A stretch of DNA of 61,188 nucleotides from Fonticula alba ATCC 38817. Lineage: Eukaryota > Protista > Nucleariida. A program made the position numbers and the translations under genes. Each line of letters opens with the position of its first letter. Position 1 is the stretch's first letter. The DNA lies in assembly GCA_000388065.2 (NCBI GenBank), contig KB932207.1; one strand, written 5' to 3'. The notes under the pieces were generated by a model, which did not search any database, had not been told where the DNA came from, and saw only the letters and a program-made list of their open reading frames with translations. Below are positions 11,826 through 23,423 of the stretch, in pieces.

Positions 11826-14800
11826 TCAAACCAGACGATGAAGACCCCGGTGCTGCTGGGGATCCACCCCATCGGAGTGGTCGGCCACATGAGGGCCCGG
11901 AGCGCCTGCAGGGTCCTTGGGCCAGGGGTGTTCGGCCTGACGGTATTGTTGCTGGTGTTGCAGGAGCAGGTGGTTTTGGTGGAGCTGCTGCTGCTGCATC
12001 AGATGGAGCTGCTGCTGCTGCTGCAGCAGCAACATCTGCTGCTGTTGTTGCAGCTGAACATGCATAAAGTGCTGCTGCTGCTGCTGCTGCTGCTGCTGAT
12101 AAAGATGGGGAGCCGGCCCCGGCGGGGGGGCTGCCCCTTCGTAGCCCGGGAGGAATGTGTTGGCCGCGGCGGCCAGGATGGCCGGATCCACCGGGCCATC
12201 CTGCTGGAGGGATGCCTGCAGCGCCTCCAGGTACTGTTGCTGCCGCAAGGCCTGAACATGCTGCTCATATTCGGCCAGCTGCCGGAGGTACTCGGCCCCA
12301 GGGTCGTAGTCCGCCCCGCCATGCGGGTCTCCGGCTTCCTGTCTATCGGCCCAGTACCACTGCTGATCGGGGTGAAGGGATTGGTGTGGGAGATGCTGTT
12401 GCAGCAGCAGCTGCTGCTGCTGATGCTGCTGTTGGGCGTGGTACTCTTGGTAATACTGCAGTTGCAGCAGCTGCTGCTGCTGCTGTTGGCTGACGTACTC
12501 GGGATAATGCTCTGCCGGCTGGGCCGACTGGTGGCCAAGAACCAGCTCCATCTCGAGGAGCTCCTCCAACGGCAAAGTGGCCGCCTCGTGTGGCAGCACA
12601 CCAAGTGACTCGACCACCGGGCCGGCCGTGCGTCCGGTCGTGGTGGCCTCATCACGAGCAGCAGCGGCCAGGGCCGCCGCATGCTCGGCTCGAGCGACGG
12701 CCCTTTGAAGTTCGTCGGCCGCCCGCCCGCGCGAGGGGTGCTCCTCGGCATCGGCCCCGGCGGGGGCCAGTGTGCCGCCAGGCCAGCCGGCCATCGGGTC
12801 CTCGTCAAGCCGCGCCGCTCGAGCAGGCCGCTGGTCCGGCTGACCTTGCCCGGTGTGCGACGAGTCTACCGGCGAGTCGAGGACCAGCGAAGAGGAAGAG
12901 CACTGCCCCAAGCGGCGATGGTAGTGCCGCGTGTCGATGGCAAACGAGTCCAAGGCCAGGGGATGGCCATCGCCACTGGGGCCGGGGGGGCCTGGAGTGG
13001 AGGCGCCCGAGGCCGGGGGCGCACCCGAGGCCGGACCATCGGGCACCGGGGATGCCGCGGGCCCGGGCGAGGTGGTGGCATCCAGCGCCGGGGACATGCC
13101 GGGCGAGCCGGAAGCCGCGACCGCCACCCCCCCGGCCGGGGAGTGGTGGTGCGCCCCGAAGCCACTGGCCCCGGCAAAGTGCTTTCCGGCGCTCGATCGC
13201 CGGGTGAGCGATGCCGACCGGACGGGCCGCATCGGGCCCCCGGTGTCCGGAGGCCCCGGGGGGAGGGGCGACAGCCGCCACCGGTCAGGCCCGACATGGC
13301 CAAAGGACGAGGCGGAGGGCGAAGACGACGAAGGGGGGATCGGAGGCCGGCTCGAGCCGGGCCCTCGTGTCAGGCGGGACTGGTCGAAGCTGTGGCCGCG
13401 CATGTGCATCGGGGCCCGGGGGTCATCGAATGCCGGCGGTCCATTGGAGATACCGGCCGGCGAGCGGGAGGAGGCCTGAAGGAAGTCCAGCGACGGGCTG
13501 AAGGACATCGATCGGGGGAGGACCCCAAAGGCCGAGGGGGGCAAGTCCCCGGGCGGGTGCCCGAGCAGCGGCGGCGATCCGCGGCCCAACGGCGCCGCCG
13601 TCGAATGCAGCGCCGGATACGGGCTCCCGGCCGAGGCAGCCATGAAGGCGGCCGCCGAGTAGTAGGGATCGTCGGCCGGCGGCAAGAGCGGCGGCAGGAA
13701 GGGCGACGCGCGGAACATCAGCCCGGGAAGACTGGTCGACCGATTGTGCGAGGGGGAGACCGTGGCAGCGACGGCCGCCGCGGCCGACAGGACCACCGGC
13801 GTCCCGGCCAAGCCCAAATGCTCGAGGGAGGGCGAGTCCCCGCGCGAGAAGGAGGGCGACCGCGCCCGGGGAGCCGGCGAATCAACCGCGGCCGTGGTCG
13901 TGGCGGTGCCAGTGGCGGTGGCGATGCCGGCGGCCGAGCCGGCCGAGCCGGCCGAGCCTGCGCCAATGTGACCAGGGGACGCCTCGGCTCGAGCTCCCCG
14001 CGACCCCGGGCCCAGTTCCCCGGTGCCTGGGGCCCACCCCAGGGGGCTAGGTCCTGTCGGGCCGAGAGAGGCCCTGCTACCGGGCCGGCTACCGGCCGTC
14101 GGCAGGGCACCCGACGCGGCCGCACCATGGGCACGCGCGTGTGCCGGGGCCGTGGAGCATGCATGCGCCAGTGGAGACTCGGCCGCGGTGTTCAGGCCCG
14201 CGGTGGCGGCCACCCCGGGCCCGGACCGTGACTGGGCCGCTAGGAACCCGGCCCATGTCCAGGACCGGAAGTGCACACACACCAGAGCCCCACTCCCATC
14301 GGGCGAGTGGCGCGTCGCCAGGCGCTCGAGGGTCAGGTCGTCGGCCGGCGGGCTGTGGTCCACCAGCCGGGGGAAGATCAGCCCAGACTCCCGGCAGTAT
14401 GACACGCTGGAGCACACGCCCGAGGGGTGGTCCTCGGGCGGCGCGGCGTACCCGGTCCCGGGCGAGGGGAAGTACGGTAGCCGGACCACCTCCTCAGGGT
14501 CATGCTGCTGGACATCGTCGGGCCCCGGGCGAGCGGGCAGGCGACGCCCCGGATCGCCGGGCGCCCCGGTGGCCGAAGTGCCAGGGGAGGGCATGTCGCC
14601 ATTGCGAGGGCCGGTGACGGCCTCGACCTCGGCCTCGACCTGGATCCTGGGTGCAGCCTCGGCCGCGGCATCGGCCGCATCGGCGGCCCCCTTGGCGATG
14701 GCTGCCCCGTCGGGGGCAGCCTCATGACCGGGGCCGAGATCGCCCGGCATGGCCGGGACGCCGGCCGATGCCGATGGCCCGGAGGCCTGGGTCACGGCGT

Positions 14801-17800
14801 GCCAGCTCCCTCGGACATTCGGATAGCGGGGCAGGCTGCCGAGCAATTGGTTGGCGCTCTTCGGCGATGAAGACAGGGGGATGTAATAGGAGGAGGTCAT
14901 GGAGGAGAGCGACGACGTGGAGGGGGAGGCGGACAATGCTGGCGACCCGGATTCCGGGGTGGCCCGGGCTGACCCGGGCCCCGGGCTGCCGGGATCCAGG
15001 CCGAGACTCCGAACGGCCGGAGCCCGGGGCGCGAGGCGCGACTCCACCGGCGAAGGGGTGACCAGTGCCATGTCGGCCGGCTGCTCGGGCGACCGGCCGG
15101 CGCTGGCACTCCCACCCGCCGACAGGGGAGTCAGCAGCATCGGCGAGGAGGCGGCCGCCGGCAGGGATCGCGAGGGCGAGGGCGCCGCCGGGTCCGATGC
15201 CGGGGGCAGGGACGCATGCGAGCGTGAGGCCAGCAACAATGGCTTCCCCGGTGTCCGAGAGCGCGGGGCCGTGCCCTCGGACGGGCCGAGCCCCGAGTGG
15301 CCGGGCCCTCCCCCGGCGGGCCCTCCCCCGCGGCCGGCCATGTCCGACGGCTCTGCCAGCGGGTTCGGGCCGGCGCCGGGTCCGGGGGCGGTCGGCCCGC
15401 CCGGGGCCCCAGCCACGCCGGAGGCGAAGGACAATTTGTGCAGCCGCGAGAAGGACAACCGCAGGCGCTTGCTCAAGCTGCTGAAGCGATTCCGGTATTG
15501 GGCCTTGGTGGCCGGGCTGCCGCTGTCGGCCGACGAGGACCCGCCGTCCGGGGTGAGGCAGCGCTCCGACCCCGGGCTCGGCGAGGGGGGGATGCTGCTG
15601 ACCGAGCGCATCCCCGGCTCGGAGGCGGTCTTCAGCAGGGTGCCCAGGGCGGGGGAGGCCCCCGGGGCCGGGGGAAGGCCGCCCAGCGACCGGGTGCTCT
15701 GGTTCACCGGGCTGGCTCCAGCCGAGAAGGAGGTCACCGGCGGCCGAGAGGCCGGAGCAGTGGCGCTGCCGGCCGCCGCCGGGGAGCCCCCGGCAGGCTC
15801 CATGCCGGAGGCCGAGGATGGCAATTTGCCGGGGCCCGGGCCCCGGGGGTCTGGCCCGGGCCCCGGCATGTCGGCTGGCCGAGGCACCGTCGGCACGCCG
15901 ACCACCAGCGTCGAGCAGGTCGGCATGGCCCGAGACTCGGGCGTCGAAAGGGCCGGAGGCCGAGCCTCGGGCCGGGCGTCCGGTCGATCATCTGCGCTCA
16001 GGGGGGCCTCGGTGCCGAGCGGCGACCGGCCGGGGGAGGTGGTGCGCATGTGCCCCGGGCCGCGGCCCGGCGAGGGGCTTGCCGATGGGCGCAAGCCTGG
16101 CACATCGGAAAAGGGCGATGGCGAGGTGAAGCAGCCCACTTGGAAGATGATGGGCGATGACCGGGGCGCATAGGCCGCCCGGATGTTGGCCATCAGGCGC
16201 AAGTGTCGCTGGGGGTCTGGACACGGCATGCGCCGGTGGCGAAGGCCAGACAGCCGGAAGGCAAGCCCCGGCATTGGCACCGGAAGGGGCAGCGCGCGCG
16301 CGCGGCAAGCAGGCCGGTTAGGCGGGGGAGGGAAGAACGGCAAAAGGGAGCGGGCCCGGGCCCGCGCCGGCTGGCAGCGGAGGGGGCGGCAAGCCAAAGG
16401 CACAGCACGCACCTGCCGTGAAGAAGATGATCCGGTGACAGCGTGTCATGCCGGGATCCACCACAAACAGCGCACACAGGGGATCCTCCTCGTGGGAGGC
16501 TGCATCCGGCAGGACCGGCCAGCGGGACTGATCGGCCGCGGCCTGGAGGTCCAGCCCGGTGTCGCTGCGCGGCGCGGCAAACACCTCGGGCACCACGCGG
16601 AAGAGGGACCCCGGGGTCAGGTAGACCCCGGACCGGGGGCCGGCCGGGTCGGCGGACCCCGGCGGCACGTCAGCCGCCTCCGAGGGGCCCGGCCGGGTCC
16701 ACTCCAGGGTGGACAAGAGCCACGGCCACCGGAGGCACACGGAGAAGGCCTCGAAGAAGACCGACGCCGTGGAGAGCGGAAGCGGCCGGGGGGCGGCCGC
16801 CGGGGTGCCCGTGCGCGGGGAAGTGGGACTCGGTGGCCCGGATGGCCCGGCCAGCCCGGTGGAGCTGCCGGTGGCCGAGCGCCCGGGCCCCGGCGGGAAG
16901 TCCAGCCGGTCGGGCGTCGGGGCGCCGGGGTGGCGCAGCCCGGTGGCGGGGCCGCCGCCGGCGCCCGGCCACCCCCCCGGGTGCTCCGGCGCCGACACCA
17001 ACATCCGCACGATCGAAGGCACCCCGATGGGCGGAGGGGTCGAGGACCAGGCGTCGCGGAAGGTGCGCTCGGTCAGCCCGCCAAACGGCGGGGCCGTGGC
17101 CGCCGCGAGGCACGGGTTGGCCGACGCGCCGCCCTGGGCCCAGCGCTGGCTGCGAGCTCGGAGGACCGCCGCCGCGGCCAGCCCGGCCGCCGCCGGGGCC
17201 GACATCCAGCTCAAGTCCGACCGGGTGGGCAGATGCTCGATGTTCAGCGGCAGGGGCGGGCTCATGCGCAGGTGAAAGCGGCTCGGCGGGCCCCGGTGCC
17301 CGGGGGGGAACCCCTGGTCGGGGGTGGTGGCGCCGCCGGCCGAATGGGCATCCTCGGCCCCGGGTGTCGGGGCCAGGTCGCCCACCGAATGGGCCAGCCG
17401 CAGTCCGGCCAGCAGGGGCGCCCCCTGTCCCGGGGGCAAGACAGGCCCGGTGCCGGGGCCACCGGCCCCGCCGGCGATGGGCCCCGGCGTCAGGTATCTC
17501 ATCGTGGGCGGCGCCTCGGCCAGCGGGGAGGGCGGCTCGCCTGCAGCATCGGCGCCCTGCATCCGGACGCCGATGGGCACCGACTCCGACCGGGCATGGC
17601 GGCTGCCGGGGCTCGGCTTGGCCAAACGCGGGAGCGGTGACAGGCGCCCGCCGGCCCCGGCGGCCGGAGAATGCCCGCCGGCCGTGCCAGCAGCCGGGCT
17701 CAGCGGCGACAGCGGACTGGCCGGGCTCAGGGAGTCGAGCCCGCTCCCACCGGACAGGAGATTCCCCAGGGACAGAGACCCCGCGAGGCAGCCACCGGCC

Positions 17801-18730
17801 TGCGCGGCCCCGGACCCACGCGGGCTGAACACACACCCGGCAAAGAGCGAGGCCACCAGGGCCGAGCGCAGGGAGGCCGCGATGATGGCCGTCGACAGGT
17901 CGGAGTCCGCGCGCAAGGCATCCAGCTGGCTGCCGGCCGCGGTGAAGAGGTCCGGTGCCGGGTCTGGCAGCGGCAAATCCGGCGACTGGCCGCCAAACAG
18001 CAGCCACCCAAGCACCGAGAGGGTGAACGGCCCGGACGGGGCGAAGATGACATTCGGCCGCGGCCCGGCGGACAGGGCCACCGGCCGGACCAGGCCCACG
18101 TCCTCCAGGGCCGAGAGGATGCGCCAATCGGTGGCCGTGCGGGTTTCATACTGGCCATTGGACAGCAGCCGGCTGAGGACCGCCACGCCGGGCTGCAGGA
18201 TCCCCGGGACCAGGGGGCCCCCGGCGGCCATCGCCCCGAGCCCGGGGCTGGTGACCGTGCTGCCGGGGCCCCCGCCGCAGGGCGGCGGTACCGAGCTCAG
18301 GAGGCTGGTCGAGGCCGAGTGAACCAGCCGCCGGCCGGGGGTCAGGGCCGAGGCCGGGGTGGTGGCCCCGGTGGCACGGGGGTCCGGCACCCGGCCCGGC
18401 GGCGTGCGCGCCAGAATCCGCACCACCGTGCACAGCGCCCGGCCAATGGGCAGGAGGGACGCCTCGCGTGCCAGCCCCAGGGAGGTTGTCAGCCAGAGCC
18501 GATAGCACACCCGTCCCGAGGTCGAGGGGGAGGAGGCGTCCCCGGTGCCGGCATCCCCCGCCTCCAGCAGGGTCAGGTCCGTGCCGGAGGAGCGCGAGTG
18601 CGACAGGAGGTGATCCGCCGGGCTGGGCGTCGGCGAGGCGGCCCGGCCGGCGGCGTCCACCCGGCGGAGGACATCGGCGCTGTGCGATCGCCCGAGGCCG
18701 CCGGAGGTGCCCGGGCTGCTGGGGTCCATT

Positions 18731-18771
<41 letters not shown>

Positions 18772-21622
18772 CCCGGGGGCGTTGGCCGATCCCGGGCCCG
18801 CCGCGGCGCTGCCCGCCCCCGAGGGATTCCCGGCCGAGCCCGGAGCCTGGGCGGCCCCGCCGCCGGCCGGACGCAGGGCCGACGCGGCAGCCGTCAGCAT
18901 CTGCACACAAGTGACCGCCAGCCCGGGGTGGCCACCAGTTCGGGCACAAATGTCCACGGCAATGGCATCGCCATCGCCAGGGAGCCCGAGCACCGGCGGG
19001 CGCTGGGGCCCGGCCGCGGGGAGGGCACCTCCGCCACCCCCATCCACCGCGGCGGGGGCCGGCGCCGACAGGCCTTCCCGCTGGAGCCCGGCATCCGACC
19101 GGAAGGACAGCATCGTCGTGGGGAGGGCCTCGGCCGAGGACCGGCCGAAGGTCCAGCCCCGGTCGTGGGACACCTGCTCCAGCAGGGCGGCCACCTGCTC
19201 CGGGCCCCACAGGCGTAGGCGCACGCGCGAGCCGGGAGGCCACACCCGGAGCAGAGCCAGGCGCGTCTGGGCGCACGCGGTGCACACCTTGCCCCGGGGC
19301 ACGGGGCTGGCCACCGGCGGGGGAGCCCCCCCGGAGCCGGGGTCCGTGGCAACCGGGATCGGCCGCTGCAAGTCGCACGCCAGCAGCCGGGCGCACGATC
19401 GCGGCGAGCCAAAGAGAACCACCGAGCGCAGAACCTGCCCCGGGTCCCCGGACCAGTGTGCCGAGCTGAGCGCCCGGGCAAAGCTCTCGATGACCGCCGG
19501 AGAGGCGCACCGCGACAGGGCATCCACCCCGTCGATGATGAGCAGCGTCCGAGCCGAGGCCGGGGGACAGGAGCAGGCCGCCTGCGGCCGGGCCATCCCC
19601 GGGGGCTGGACATCGTCCAAGGACCGCCAGGCCGGCCCGCGCCGAGCGCAACGTGGCGACGCCAGCGGCGGCCCCCCCGGAGCGCCTGCCAGCAGCCGGG
19701 TCGGCAGCTCGGAATCCGATGCCGCCCGTCGGAGACCGGAGGAGCCGCCCTCCGGGCCAGGGCCCGGCCCGGCCCCGGGCCGCCCGCCAGCAGGCTGGCC
19801 ACCTTGCTCGCAATCCGGCCGGTGCCAGCGCGACAGCTCGTCCTCCATGCCCAGGTCGCCGGGGCCCGGGGTGGCCAGCGACTCGGAAATGGCCCCAAGA
19901 GGCCCGCCCGCCGCGAAGATGGCCTTGAACCAGGCCAGGCTGGCCTCGAGCCCGGCCCCGGCCGCCGGCAACGTCGGCGACAGGAGAAAGGGCGGCGTGG
20001 CGGCCCCGGGCGGGAAGCCGGCCCCGGCCCCGGCCCCGGCCCCGGCCCCGGGCCCGGGCCCGGGCCCGGCCGCCGGGCCAGGGAACGACAGCCCCGGCGG
20101 TGTTGACCGCCCGGCACCGAAGGAGGCCGAACGGCGGAAGGCCGCAGCCGCGGCTGCCGGCCCGGGCGGCTCCTGCCCGGCCGGCCCATCGCCCCCAGAG
20201 GCATGGGCATCGCCCATGGCCATGGTGGTGCTGGTGGCAATCGCCGCCGGGTGAAGATGCTGGTGGAAGGATGCCTGGCGGCGTGGGTGCAGGGGGTGGT
20301 CGGACACGGGCCCGGGGACGGGCGACACCTGGCCCGGCGGGTGGAGCCCGGCAGCGACGGACCCCGGGGCCAGGTGAAGCATCGAGGCCGAGATGTGGGC
20401 ATTCAACTGTTGCCAGAAGACGGCCGGGTCGTGAAAGGCCCCGGTGGCGGTGCAAGCGCCGACGGACCCGGAGGGAGGGGCCCGGCCGGCCGCCGGCCGA
20501 CCCCCGCCGAGCCCCTGTGGCCCGGGGGAGGGGCCACGGCCGGACGCCGCCCCGGCCATCCCCTCGCCATGCAGCAGGGGCGACAGCGGCGACGGGGCCG
20601 CAGAGTCGCCGTCCGGCGGCTGGGTGCCAGCACTGGCGGGCGGACTGGGCGAGGAGGGCTTGAAGATGTGCTGCTGGCGGAGCTGTGCTTGGCGCCCGGG
20701 AGGGGCGCAGCAGCACCAGGATGAGGGAACCTGCGGGTGGAAGTAGCTCCCGAGCAGGGCATTTCCCCCGCTTTGGGGAAGGGTGATGCTGGGGACGCGT
20801 GCATCCGTGCGACCGCCCGTGCAGCAGGCAAATCCGTCGGGAGGGGGAGGGGGNNNNNNNNNNNNNNNNNNNNNNNNNNNNNNNNNNNNNNNNNNNNNNN
20901 NNNNNNNNNNNNNNNNNNNNNNNNNNNNNNNNNNNNNNNNNNNNNNNNGGGGGGGGGGCAATGCACAGGGTAGGTGTGAGGGAAGGCAGGCCGGCCAGGC
21001 AGGACGGCCGGACCGGAGCCACAGCTGGCCGGGGTAGAGGTCAGGTACGCACACAAGAGCCGGGCCGCGTTCAGACCACCAATGCGCCAGCGCCAGGGCC
21101 GATGTGGAGCAGCCACTCCCGCGCGGGCCGGTGACGATGGAATTCTGCCCGGCAAGGACACGCTCCTTGATGTCTGGGCATGCGGGGCAAGGGCCGTGGG
21201 TGTGGGCGTGGTCAGGTCAGCATGGGGCCGCGTCATGGTATGGCCGACTGTGAGGCGCTCCTCGTGCCCGGGCCGGTGGGTGGGGAAGGGAAAGGGGGGG
21301 GGGGGGGAAGGAAAGCAAGGGAGAAGCCCCCATCACACATCGACGGACCATCGATCATCGGCTCGATGTAGTAATAGTTGGATCTGCGGGAGGGCCGCAC
21401 CGGGCCATCGGTGCAGAAGGTCTTGCAGGTGTCCGGCCCGGCGCCGGAGGGGTGCCCGGGGGTGTAGGAGCTGGCCCCGGGCGGGGTGGTGGCCGTTGGC
21501 GTGGCCGACGTGCCGAAGCTCGGGATACGATGGTGGCCACCGCCGGACGGGGAGCTCCGGCCTCCCGGGAGCGGGTAATTCGAGCCCGGCGTCACGCCGG
21601 GCACCGCGATCGGCGTCACCAT
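11826..21622 (-). CDS. Giant (~3,000 aa) low-complexity protein with an N-terminal degenerate STAND/AAA-like P-loop NTPase module and a poly-Q C-terminus, at least 4 exons
   Basis: Three introns join in phase: 21174-21348 (GTCCGT..CAG), 20789-21052 (GTGCGT..CAG) and 16217-16412 (GTGCGT..CAG). They fuse the 1578-aa and 1528-aa ORFs into one gene. Motifs: FCTDGPV..YYYIEP, IVTGPRGSGCST (Walker A-like), LLIIDGVD (Walker B), LWGPEQVAALLEQ, ICARTGGHPGL and LEDVGLV. The start ATG (21622) is tentative. Confidence 0.72.
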
Positions 21623-23423
21623 GGGGCCCGATCGGACAGAGCGGGCGGGCGTCGGGCAAAGTGGGGCGCCGACGGCGGCGCCGGGCTCATGGCACGCACT
21701 GGCGAGGCCAAGCGACTGTCCACCCACCGCGGAGACCGCGGCCAGGGGGAAGGCAGGTGGTGCTAGGCGAGACGGCAGCGACCGGCCAGTCTACGCGGTC
21801 GCGGGAGCGGCCGGCGGCGGCGGCGGCGGCGGCGGCGGGATCGGAGAAGAAATGGGGGGTCGGGTGGCGGGGGGGGGGGGCGCGGAGGCGAAGCAGGGAG
21901 AGAGGGCAGGCGTGGTGGAGGGGAGTCGGGAGCAGAAGGTGAGCGCTGTTCCCGGAGGACTCAGCCCCCGATGTGACGGTCGGCTAACAATCGGCCAGAC
22001 AGGCGGTTCTCCGCAAGAGGGCGCCGGCGGGGTGTGGGGGCCCTTTCGCGACGCGGCCAATGCGTGTGGTCGGCGATCAGGCCGGCAGCCATCCCCGAGC
22101 CCCGCCCCCAAATTGATCGGCGTGCCGGGCACATCCCCACCACCCTCCGAGCGATCCGTCCAGCTGTCCCTGCCGGGGGGGGGGGGGGGCCAACAGGCAG
22201 GCATGTCCGTGTGTTGGCGTGCCCGCGCGCGCACTCGCGCGCGCCCGCGCATGGCGTTGTCGAGTGATCATCAGTGCATTTATTTTATTTGAATTTCCCT
22301 GGCTCCCGCGGCCCGCGGAAGGCCCCGGGGATGGGTCGGAGCCTGGAACGCCAGGCCCAGGGCATGGCGGGAACAAGCGAGCGCGTCCACTGCCCGNNNN
22401 NNNNNNNNNNNNNNNNNNNNNNNNNNNNNNNNNNNNNNNNNNNNNNNNNNNNNNNNNNNNNNNNNNNNNNNNNNNNNNNNNNNNNNNNNNNNNNNNNNNN
22501 NNNNNNNNNNNNNNNNNNNNNNNNNNNNNNNNNNNNNNNNNNNNNNNNNNNNNNNNNNNNNNNNNNNNNNNNNNNNNNNNNNNNNNNNNNNNNNNNNNNN
22601 NNNNNNNNNNNNNNNNNNNNNNNNNNNNNNNNNNNNNNNNNNNNNNNNNNNNNNNNNNNNNNNNNNNNNNNNNNNNNNNNNNNNNNNNNNNNNNNNNNNN
22701 NNNNNNNNNNNNNNNNNNNNNNNNNNNNNNNNNNNNNNNNNNNNNNNNNNNNNNNNNNNNNNNNNNNNNNNNNNNNNNNNNNNNNNNNNNNNNNNNNNNN
22801 NNNNNNNNNNNNNNNNNNNNNNNNNNNNNNNNNNNNNNNNNNNNNNNNNNNNNNNNNNNNNNNNNNNNNNNNNNNNNNNNNNNNNNNNNNNNNNNNCCCC
22901 CCCCGTGCCCGCTCTAACCCTCCCGGCCGCCCCGCGGTCTCGCGGCTTCAAAAGAACAGCCGCGCGCGTGACCTTTTCTGGGCCCGTGACAGGGATACCG
23001 TTGGCAGCAGCCGCCCCGGGCGCTTGCCGCTTGTCTCGGCCCGCGCATGCGACGAAGGGCGCCAGCTGGCTGGCTGGCTGGCTGGCTCCATCTGTGCGCC
23101 CGGCAGACAGGGCTGGCCGGCGGTGCGCCGCCTTCCCTGCCGCCGGACGCTGTGCATGCGGCACCCCTCCGCATACTGGGCCCAGAGGGAGAAGGGGGCC
23201 AGAGACACCCCGAGGCGCGGCCCGGCGACGGGCAGCCACCGGGTCCCGGAGGCGGCGGCCTTTTTCTCGGGCCAAGCCTGGGACCTGGCTAGTCCGGCCA
23301 AAGGCCATGCAAGGCTTCTTCCCTCCCTCCTGTTCATCACACCGCACGCGCCTCGCCCTCTCCTCGCGCCTTCCCCTTCCCCTCCCCCTTCCCCCCGGCA
23401 CCTGTCCCTATCCTCTTTGCGCC

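Noticed and set aside
11826-16412. The 1528-aa ORF as an independent gene
   Set aside because: Its listed start is a GTG coinciding with a GTGCGT donor. An in-phase intron (16217-16412) links it to the upstream ORF.
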